Positions 22,601-34,218 of a stretch of DNA of 64,000 nucleotides are shown one piece after another. Where the stretch lies: assembly GCA_964106645.2 (NCBI GenBank), contig OZ067043.1; one strand, given 5' to 3'. The position numbers were made by a program, and so were the translations under genes. Source of the stretch: Podarcis pityusensis. Taxonomy: Eukaryota. Every line of letters begins with the position of its first letter. Within the stretch, counting starts at the first letter, position 1. The notes under the pieces were generated by a model that ran no database searches, was not told the origin of the DNA, and was given only the letters and a program-made list of their open reading frames with translations.

Positions 22601-25600
22601 TGGTCTACCGAGCGCATTACTAGTCCTTTCTACACCCACAGCCTCTTGCCACTTTATCCCATTTCTAGATCAGATTCAAGAAAAACAACAACTATAGGCC
22701 AGTTCAGCCATCCTGGGGCCCATATTCCCAGGAAAACCAGCCATGGGTTCTGACCCCAGTTATGTTTATGGTTCTTCAGTAGCCGCTCCTGAGAATACAG
22801 TGGCTGGGAATGGTGACACCGTGAACTGGTATCGGGAAGCCATAACAAGAGATGTGCCAGATTGCAATATATATGCCCCCTGTTTATGTGCATCTATTTA
22901 GCCAATTGTAAAATACTATTCTTCCTGTAACAAATGTGTGAACTAGATTGATTAAGCATCTTCCGTCTGTGCACACTTTAAGACATGGAATATTAGTATT
23001 GTTAGATACAGGTAGTGATTTGGGTATTGGAATATATAGATAGTTAGGTGACTAGTAGAATGCCTTAGTTATATTTAGGCAAATTATTTATTAATTTATC
23101 ATTTATTAAATTTGTATACCGCCCTATACACTCAGGTATCAAAATAATTAATTGTAAAAGTGGCCCAGAATTGAATATAAATGATGGGGATGTCCCACGC
23201 CTCTGAAATGAACGGTAAATAGAAGTGGATATTCCTCTGCCTTGTGCAATACTGTAACTGGGTTTAGGCACCTATATTGTGGCGCCTGTAGGAAAAACTA
23301 GGACATAATATGTTGATGCTATTGACTGTTTCTCTCCTTCTCAATATAGGAAGGTGTGAGTATAAATAAATCCCTGTTAACTCTGGGGAAAGTTATTTCT
23401 GCACTGTCTGAGCAAAATCAGAGCAGGAAGAAGGTGTTCATTCCATACCGTGAATCTGTTCTTACATGGTATGTACATTATTTTGTGTGCCATAGCAGCT
23501 TTTTTTTTTAAAAAAGCTTCATTTTTTGTAGCAATCCTTTCTTTCTTGGCAGCACTGAATTATTATCAAAGTTAACAGATCTTCATAGAAACACAGCCTT
23601 TAATGGTAAAAAATGGAATTAGATCCAGTTATGTCCCACATTAATCAAACCACTCTTCCCCCTCTCCACCCATTCATTTTGGTCCTCTGCTTTTCTATTT
23701 CCTGACAATGGAACTGAGCTAATTTTCAAAGTGATTTTGATTGATCCCGGAGGGCATAAAACTACAACTGGTAGAGTACATTTACACTGGTACCTCTGGA
23801 TGCGAATGGGATCCGTTCCGGAGCCCCGTTCACATCCTTAAGCAAACGTAACACGCGACTGTGTGGGTCGCGTTTCGACGCTTCTGCGCTTGTGCGTGAT
23901 GTCAGTTTGAGCGTCTGCACATGTGCGAGTGGTGAAACCCGGAAGTAACGCGCTCCGTTACTTCCGGGTTGCCGTGGAGCACATCCCGAAAATATTCATC
24001 CCGAAGCTACTTCAACCCGAGGTATGACTGTACTTTATTCTCAACTGGTTATTCTTGCATATAGGAAAAAAAATGGATAATGCCTTAATATTTGGGGCCT
24101 ATTTCCACTAGCACCTTCAACTAATATCTGTGGGAAAGGCACTGCTTTTAAGCCAGCTAGTGCTTAGACTTCTGAGTTCTGAAGGCCCCCCAAAACATTC
24201 CTTTCTTCAGCACTAACTGGTGGGGTGAGGCATGCATTCTTTGGCCCGGGCTGCACCGTTTCCTGAACAAGTCTTTGGGAAACAGCCCAGGCCAAGCTGA
24301 ATGAAGTACAGTGGTGCCTCGCAAGACAAAAAGAATCCGTTCCGCGAGTCTCTTCGTCTTGCGGGTTTTTTCGTCTTGCGAAGCAAGCCCATTAGCGGAT
24401 TAGTGCTACAGTATTAGCGGCTTAGCGGGCTTAGTGGATCAGCTGATAAGCGGCTTAACGATCAGCTGATAAGCGGCTTAACGATCAGCTGATAAGCGGC
24501 TTAGCATCAGCTGTTAAGCGGCTTAGCCATCAGCTGATAAGCGGTTTAGCGGCTTGGGAAAAAGGGGGGGGGGGAAGGACAAAAACCCCGCAGGAACTCG
24601 CGAGACATTTTCGTCTTGCGAAGCAAGCACATAGGAAATTCGTTTTGCGAAGCACCTCCAAAACGGAAAACCCTTTCGTCTAGCGGGTTTTCCGTCTTGC
24701 GAGGCATTCGTCTTGCGGGGCATCACTGTACACCTAACAGTTGTGCACCACCTTTGACTTTTGCTGCAGTCCCCCCACAGTTTTCTCAGCACTTTGGGGA
24801 GAGTTAGTCAAGAGGCCTTTGTAATGGTGCACACACCTCTGGGTATCTGCCTGTTCCAGTACTGGGAGGGATGGTAAATTTATGAGTTACGCTTCCCAAC
24901 TCTGTTCTGATGAGAAGATGCCCCCTGTAAAAAACCATTGGTGTTGTCCCAGAGTCCTTTGGTCCATCCTTTCTGCTAATGCTGGCAGGAGTCCAAGGGG
25001 AAGTGGAAGGTGAATGGTGACATGTTGTTTGGAGGCAGGGGACCAATTGGGTAGAGAGGTGAATGACCTGGATCTGATTCCACAGGTGAAGAACTTAGGC
25101 ATCCTTATTCTTATCTACATAAAGAATTGGATCCTGCAAAATGCTCAAAACATGTACTGTACTTTGTTGTATCTTCAGAGAATATAGTCTTAAAATAAAT
25201 CCAGACTGGGGAAAACCATTTATTTTCTTTCAAATGTAGGCTGTTAAAGGAAAGTCTTGGTGGAAACTCGAAAACTGCTATGATTGCCACAATTAGCCCT
25301 GCCGCAAGCAATATAGAAGAAACACTGAGTACCCTTCGATATGCTAAACAAGCTTGTTTCATAATCAACATTGCCAAAGTCAACGAAGACATAAATGCAA
25401 AACTAATCCGAGGTAAGCCTGAGAACTATTTTGCTTCTTGCCGAAATAGCCCTATGCCAAGTTGTTCCTAGATTTCTTACAAAGTATACACTTACTAAGA
25501 GGAAGTAAGTCAAAAGAAAGCTGCATCAATTTATGGACAAATGCTTGCAATTGAAACCCACAAAAATGGCAAGAATCATTATTTTAATGGTAATGTGATG

Positions 25601-28600
25601 AAATTGCCTCGGTGCATTGCTCCATAGGCTTTCTATCAAAGGGAGGAACCTAATGTGCTTATTGGTAGCCGGGAGTGCAAAATACTTTCAAACAGCTCGG
25701 AGGTGATCACAGCTCCCTGACAAGCGTGTCTGTATGTTACATGTTTGTAAATATGTTTTTTTACATTCATACTGTACATTTTTAGGTGTATAGTTGATAT
25801 ACTGCATTTTTTAAAAAATAAATACTTGAATTTACTCAATATGCAGGTAACTTAAATTGCAAACATTGTGGGTAGGATTCATCTAACAAACCCTGTCAGC
25901 AAAAGCCCTGCACAAGGACTTCCACTTGCAAAATGGGTCTTCCCCCTGTGTTCGACCAAATCGGCTGGGGAGGGCAGAAGAAGTCCCAGAACAGCACAGA
26001 GGGGGAGGAGAGTACATCCATTCCACCTGGCAAGCTGAAATGCTTGTGCAGATATAACATTTGTCACTGTGAGACTCATAGATGCCAATCCAGAATATTT
26101 GCTAATATAAGAGATGCCATTTTGACTAGCTGCTGAACTCTCTTGTTAAATGTAGAATTGAAAGCTGAAATTGAGAAACTGAAATTGGCTCAGAAAAATG
26201 CTCAGAATGTTGACCCTGAAAAACAAAAGCTTTATATGCAAGAAATAACATCTTTAAGAGTGAAGCTATACCAGCAAGAGAGGGAGATGGCAGAGATGCA
26301 AAGGTACTGGTACTTGATGTCTTCTCAAAAATACAGACTGCTAAAGGAAGGTTCCCCTCTACTTTTTTTGACTAATCTATACAGTTAATTGTGCATTGTT
26401 GCATAAAGATTGCACATTAATAATAACTAATTAAATAAATAATAACAACAATGTTGGGGCCAGACTGTTTAACTCAAATTGATCGTTTTAACATTCACCT
26501 AAGCAATTATTGATTTAAGACTCCTCTTATATATTTCCAGTGATCTTAGTAAATTTCCTGTTATGCAAATATAATGATGGTTTTTTAATTGCTTAAACTT
26601 TGTTTCCAATAGTGTGTAAGGATATAAATATTATGCAGTGGTAACTCAATTCTTCTCTAGATTATGTATCCCTTTTGTTAGCCTTAGAATTACATTTGCG
26701 AAACGATAATAAGCTGAACCACAATTTTATTTCCCCTGGTAAATAAAGGGCCTGGAAAGAAAAACTTGAACAAGCAGAAAAAAAGAAATTTGAGGAAACA
26801 AAGGAGTTACAGGTACCATTTTTCAAGTAAATTCAATTGTGGATGCAAAATAATTGTTTTCCCAAGTGTCATTCTTCTTCCTTACCTGCATCATATTCCT
26901 ACAACAGCAAATGAACAAAAAGTTGCTTTCATTTGCATGCAATATGTAATGTTCTGAATCTTTTATTTTAGAAAGCTGGCATTACATTCAAGGTTGACAA
27001 TAGTTTGCCTAATTTAGTCAATCTCAATGAAGATCCCCAGCTCTCTGAGATGTTGCTATACATGATCAAGGAAGGACAAACAACAGTTGGGAAATGCAAG
27101 CCAAATTCACGTCATGATATTCAGCTGTCTGGTGTCCTGATTGCCGACGACCATTGGTAGGTGTTTCTCTAAATTAACAAATAATGATAAATGGGTCTTT
27201 TGCTCTGCACGATTCCTCTGGTTGATATGCAGCTCCACTGAAATAAATAGGCGCATTAGCTTGTGTAGATTTATAATCCAGGCTAAAACAAATTTAGCTG
27301 AAAGTAAATGGGGCAGAATTCGTGTGTTTAGGTTGACAGATTAAGATGGTGATTAGACAGATTCATGGAGGGATAAGTTTATCAATTGCTACTAGTCAAG
27401 GCTATAGGAAAGTTCCATATTAAGAGGCAGTGTGCCCTTCAATACCAATTGCTGGCAAGCAACAATGAAAGAGGGCTTATGGATTTTTCTCAAGCATTTA
27501 GTTGCCAGCTGTAGGAATTGGGATGCTGCACTAGATGGAGGTGAAAAACACTTCCTTCCCATCCCTGCTCATATAAGTCTTATGCAGCATAATTTCTCTT
27601 GTGCCCTCATGTTATATTTGTAATGCAGCATAATCGTTTTTTAAAAATCCTATTTGTTTTCAAGCGTATTGGCTACTGTGCTGAAGCATGAACGAAGCTA
27701 TGATCCAAAGAAACTAGTTACGTGAATGCAAAGAAGTTAAAACTGCTTCTTCCTCTCTCCTCTCCCCCACCCCCGGCAGCAGTTTCTCATGTGGAAAGCC
27801 TTTGAAACACAGGCTTGTTTCCAAAGTAGGATGTCATGATGTGGCAAAGGGGTCAAAAATTCAATTGGGGTAGGAATCAGCTGTTTGATTCCTGGTATAT
27901 GTGTGTATCCCAAAGTGATTTGTCACACTTTTCCTTACTTGAAGCTTTACTGATAATAACATATTTCTTATTTGTAGTATTATCAAACACATGGATGGTG
28001 TTGTGAGTATTATTCCACTGGGAGGAGCGAATACATACGTTAATGGAAAATGCATTTCAAGCCCTACATTTCTCCATCACGTGAGTTGGTTTGAACAGAG
28101 ATTTATTTGCATGTCAAATTGGGACAGAAGTTTAAATTCATGTGTCATATGCTGGTTTAGTGTAGATTTTGAATGACTAAGCATGATATTATTTGATGTC
28201 ACTCATGTGCAGAAGCGCTTGCACGCAAACACACACACAAAAAATCATTTTTAACATGCACCAAACATATATCTTGGATTTTTTTAGGGTGACCGTGTCA
28301 TTCTTGGAGGAGACCACTATTTTCGGTTTAATCACCCAGTAGAAGTTCAGAAAGTCAAAAGTCTTTCTTGTGGCACTTCTCTTCCTGAGGACGGTCCAAG
28401 TGGCTTTGAATTTGCAAAGAATGAATTGCTGGCTTCACAAAGGGCTCAGTGAGTACTAGTAGAAATTCTGACTTAAATGGTAAATGTGTATTACTTCTTG
28501 TGTGTGACATGAATGTTGCACCCTAGTTTTTAGAACTTTGATTTTTGTATAGGTTGGAGATACTAAAATGAACAAACATTTACTTTCTATGTAAGAAAGG

Positions 28601-31600
28601 TGTCTTACGGAATTCCTACCAACATCTAGAAATCCTGTTGCCACTAAAAGCTTAAGCTTAGATAGCTTAGAGCCCACTGTTGCTCTTAGAGCTGATATGG
28701 TAAGTTTTATTGGTGTTCGTGCAAAAATTAGCATTAAATTTTGTTATGGTGCTAACAGGAATATAGCAAAGCGATGAGTGGCAAGACGAGTTACGTACAT
28801 TACCTAATAGCCTTCCATCATGTTATCTTTGGAACAAATGGGTCTCCTAATAGCAGAAAAAAATTACGTTTAAATTTGAAAAACTAATCTCTTCACTTTT
28901 GGAAAAGTAGTGAGTTTCAGACTTGCATTTATACTGTAATGTAGGTGAAAGGATTGTTTAAAGGTCCTGCACAGCATATTAAGATGATTGAAGCTCCTAC
29001 TTTTGGGTGTGCATATGTTTGGGGATTGGAAAGAGTATCTAAGCTGCAATCCTGCACCCTCTTACCTCAGAATAAGCCCCATTGAACTCACTGGGTCTTA
29101 CTTCTGGGTAGAGATATATAGGATAGTGGTATTAATGACTTGGGATAACTAGTGTGTTTCTGTACTACTTTTCTTTTGTGTTAAAAAAAATGCTATAGAA
29201 AACTAGCCATAGCTAGTTGGATATAGGTTTTATCAGTTAACTTGGTTTTTAAAACACCCTGTAGACTTGAATCAGAAATAGAAGAAGCACGTCTGAAAGC
29301 TAAGGAAGAAATGATGCAAAGTATCCAAATCGCAAAAGAAATGGCCCAAGAGGAACTTAGTTCTCAGCAGAAAATTTATGAGAGCCAGATAAAATCATTA
29401 GAAACACAGCTGGTGAGTAATTAATAAGTATTTTAAATACACTTGATCCCATAGAAAGTGACACTGAATGGGGAGGATAGGGTTACATTGCTATCTGCAT
29501 CAAAAGATGTAACTGCTCCGCTTAAGAGGCCTGCATGTACACTGCGGTCTAGATGAGGATATACATTCAAATGTGTATCCCTGCTTATACAGACGGTCTG
29601 CATTAGAGACTTCATTGAGGATGGAAAGGAATAAATAAATATGCACAGGACAGTTTTTCATGGTACATCACCTCTCTGTCCTGAAGCTGGAGGCTAATGG
29701 AGTGAAATCCACTTACATTCTAGTAGTTTACTATAACTGGTTGTGAATTGGGCTGTTAGAGAATGGCACCTAGTTTTTTTTTATTAAAACCTTCTTAGAA
29801 TCATAGAATTGTAGAGTTGGAAGATTAAGAGTCTCATGCTCTTCAAACTGAGCTGTCCCTAAGAAGAAGAGTTTGGACTTGATATCCCGCCTTTCACTCC
29901 CCTGAAGGAGTCTCAAAGCGGCTAACAATCTCCTTTCCCTTCCTCCCCCACAACAAACACTCAGTGAGGTGAGTGAGGAGTGGGGAATTGAACCCGGTTC
30001 GCCAGATTACGAGTCCACCGCTCTTAACCACTACACCACACTGGCTCTAACTGAAACAATTGACACAATCCGGCTGTTATGTCTTACTACCAGCTAATTT
30101 CATTTCCTAATGACAGCAGCTCAACTGTGAATATTCTGGGATCTTGGTTCCCAACACTATCCTATACTACATATATGTATGTATGCATGTATGCATTTGG
30201 CTTATTTTTAGGTCATCTTTTAGGGCCAAGCTCTCCCAAGGTGGCTTCCAACATATAAAACCCACAAATATAGTATCTTCAGGAAGGAAAAAGATATCTT
30301 TCTTCTTCCTCATCTTTCTAAACCTCTTCCCCACTGTAATATATAGCATCAGAGTGTTCAGATTAGGTGCTGGCTTCTGAAAAAGGATGAGCATACTCAG
30401 TCCTCAGTTTCAGCTCAGCTTTAGAACTTTTTTCTTTTTAATTTGCAAATTATTTCTGCGCGTTTGAATTGTCTCTGAGTATACCCAAAGCACTGTCACT
30501 ACCTTGTCTGGAGGTGGTCCAGGAATGTCTGGAAATCTGAAGAAAATAGAGTGAGAGAGAAAATGAAAGAGCTTCCAAGATTTTTGTGAAATGTGAGTGT
30601 GTGTTTATGTGAGCAAGTAAATAATACTGCTTTTTCTGGGGCAATGGTTTTGCTTGGGTCAAGCATATTTTTTGTTATTGGCACATATTATTAATTCTTT
30701 TGTTTTCTTAGGAAGAAGAATCCCGGAGGAAACAACTGCAGGAAATGAATAATAAAATAGCTGTAAACAAAATTCAAGAGCTGGAGCAAGCAAAACGGGG
30801 CCTTGAGCTAGAGGTACACGTAAACAAGAAGCGCTTGGAAATGGAGACATTGGCTGCCAGGGAGGTAAATTTTAAAAACGAAACCTAAAACCTAGCATCT
30901 TGTCTTATCAATTGGACAGTGTACCGTGATCTAGTATTGCTTCTCTGAATCTATACATTTCTATGCAGCATAACTCCAAGAAACTCTGTCGCAGGCGCCC
31001 TCTAGCTCTACCCTTTCATGAGATCGACTGATATTTGGGAAATGATAGTTTATATAACTTTGGGTGCTCTGCTGATGTGCCTGTTACAGCAATGGAAGGC
31101 ATCCCTCGAAGCTGTGTTGTGTAATCACTCTTTGCAATGTAAAATATTTGCAATCATATTGGAAGGAAACTAAGACCTCTTTTTAAAATTGTGCTTGGCA
31201 AATGTGAAGATTATAGAAAATGGCATATCTGTCCCTGTGAATGGAGTATTAACTTAGCTGAGGATTAATAGTTGCAAGTTTGGTCTGAGTCACTTTTACG
31301 TAACTTTTTAAAAAAGAAAAAAGATCCGCTTTGCTGAATCAGATCATAGTTGGCTATACCTCTGGAAAGTTGTAAGCATGGCATAAAAGTGATGGCCATC
31401 CCTTGTAATTGTCATTTTGCCCCCAGCAGCTGGTACTTAGAGGTTCCGTGCCTTAGATAAAATCATCCTAGTTTTAATTAGTTGTTTTCTAAAATCAGTT
31501 TTATAAGTTTGTGCTTTCCCCCTCAAGCCTAAATGGAAGGAGCATTGTTTCACGGCTATCTTTGTGTACTGTGTGTGTTTTGAGGGTAATGGATAAGGCA

Positions 31601-34186
31601 AGGTAACTAATAGAATTTATTTCATTTAGGATCAACAGCCTGAACAGAATATTATGTGTATGGTCTCAGAAGCTGTGCAGCTTTTGCTGAAAAATCTCAT
31701 AATCCCTTGCTTTGTGGTAGGTTTTAGAAGATCATGTCATTCGTCGTGCCAAGATTCTAGAAGCTCTAGAAGCTGAGAAGCAGAAAATTGCTCAGGAAGT
31801 GGCAATGCTTCAGCAGACTCATGGAAACAGAAATAAAGGTATGGTTACATAAGGGACGCGGGTGGCGCTGTGGGTAAAACTTCAGCGCCTAGGACTTGCC
31901 GATCGCATGGTCGGCGGTTCGAATCCCCGCGGCGGGGTGCGCTCCCGTCGTTCGGTCCCAGCGCCTGCCAACCTAGCAGTTCGAAAGCACCCCCGGGTGC
32001 AAGTAGATAAATAGGGACCGCTTACCAGCGGGAAGGTAAACGGCGTTCCGTGTGCTGTGCCGGCTCGCCAGATGCAGCTTGCCACGCTGGCCACGTGACC
32101 CAGAAGTGTTTGCGGACAGCGCTGGCTCCCGGCCTATAGAGTGAGATGAGCGCACAACCCTAGAGTCGGACACGACTGGCCCGTATGGGCAGGGGTACCT
32201 TTACCTTTTTAACTGTATGGTGGTTAACCACAAACTAACGTAAGAGTGTCTACATAAAGACTTTTCTTTCCACAGGAATCCAGGAAGGCCCTCTTCATCT
32301 CTGTGTTGAAAATATATCTTCTCCTTGCAACTAGGGAGAGAGGGCCTACTGGTTTTTTAAGGGTTTATATATTTGCTTGTAGTGTTCGAAACTCCCAGTG
32401 TTCTAGGTGCATTTTGTGACAGGGAATTTCATTAGCGCCAGCAATTTCTGAGCTCTGGGCACAGTACAGTGCCTAAGATTTCAGAGTAAAACTGCAGAGT
32501 GGAAGGAAAGGAGGACCTTTTTCTGCCTCCCCACTTCCAGCTACTCCAGCTGAAGACTGGAGAAGAGACCCTCTTAAGAATATTAGGGGGGCGGGCAGGG
32601 GAAGGACTAGACCATGTGAAGAATGAACGAAATATTTTAGCTGCAGTTCATTCATTTTCAGCTTTGTATTCTTGTTATAGAAATGTACACCTTGACATTC
32701 CCTTGTTGCGCCCATAAACTAGGTTTTAGGTACCATTTGGCTCCTAGTTTTCATATCTCAGTTTCTAACACTGTTTGCTTGGAGAGCTACCCTTTTTAAA
32801 AAACACAAAACCCCCCATCACATTTCTTATCCATTCACTTGGGAGCTTTTGAATATACTACTTTTCAGTTTCTTTCCAAACCTGTTATGAGAGCAGACTT
32901 GGGAGGGTGCAGTATGAAATTATACAGTATGGGTGGACAATAGCCTAAATGTTTTTGTGCATTCCTCATAGATACAAAAGTCATCCTGTCCTGTCCTGTA
33001 TGGAATTTAAAAAGAATTTCAGAGATTACCAATTCAGTGACTGATTGCATAATTATTAACTAGTAATTACAGAAAAAGTCCATTATCTTTTTCTTTGAAA
33101 AATATATATTTAGCAGAGCCAAACTGGAATTCTTTGAAGCTGTCCATGATGATCAAGGAGGCCAACACTATTAGCAGTAAATTGGAGAAACACACAGTTT
33201 TTTGTAGGTAAGTATTTTAACTAAAATATTAGAAGTGGTGCTGCATATGCTTTTTATGTTCTGTGATTTGATGACTTCCTCTGAGTAATCAAATATAGCA
33301 TTTCTGATAAGAACATATAGTTCTTAAAAAAGAAAAGGAAAAAAGAGGGGGAAATGTGATTCTGGAAGGACAAGGGTTTAGTGAAAATTCAGTGAGATTT
33401 CCTGTACTCGTGTTTTTTTCTGAAAAGGCTAACATAATGTTCCTGGCTAGTTGCAGGCTTTTTCATTCCAAAATCAAGCACCTATTTGTAAGGTGTTTTG
33501 TCTTGTAATCTGTGTGTAAAATACCCCACCACCACAGAAAGATAATGGTAATCAAGGGACACGTCCTGTAATTACAGATACTTCATGTTCTGGGAGTAAA
33601 TTGATTTGTTTGTTCCATCAGGCATGATGCAATGGATAATAAAAATGGTCCTGGCCATTCCCTTCAAGTTCAAGTCCGTAACATCAGGCTTGGTGTTGCA
33701 ACATTCTGGAGTTTGGAAAAATTTGAAGATAAATTGGCTGCAATGAAAGAAGTCTATGAGGTTTGTTTGGGAATAAAACATTATTTGCTTCCTAAAATAT
33801 TGCTTTTATGAGAAAGAGGCAGTTTTAAAATTGAATTAAATCTGATTTAAAAGACACTGCATCCAGTATAAGTACCTGTCCATGTTGCCAAAGGCTGCTG
33901 ACTCAGAACTGGTTGGGTGTCAGTGTCCCTGGAACCCAGTAAACGGTTTGGTTTCAACACTTCACAGAACAGCCTATGGCTGTAGGGGAGGGCAGAAGTC
34001 AGTGACCTCAAGCTGGGGATTTGGAGAGCGACAGAGGCAAGGGAGGAGGAGCAAACAGTGTTGGAACAGAGAAAGATCTGGAGGAAAAATGTTTAGAAAA
34101 GGTAGTGCAGTGAAGCATGGAGAAAGAAGGTGTTTGCAGGAAAGCCTAGCTGCTGAGGATTTAGCCAAAGGATCAGGGGTGTAGTG

Positions 34187-34218
<32 letters not shown>

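Noticed and set aside
22412-22753. Long open frame continuing into the intron after the switch II exon
   Set aside because: A good donor at 22412 joins in frame to EGVSINKSL at 23350; the extension has no recognisable similarity and is best explained by chance.
24437-24550. CRISPR-like regularly spaced palindromic repeats
   Set aside because: There are no unique spacers, the units are head-to-tail, they lie inside a TA-flanked MITE, and the DNA is eukaryotic.
30995-31008. CTCF-like GCTAGAGGGCGCC on the minus strand
   Set aside because: It lacks the 5' CCA/CCG of the core and is too weak without binding data.
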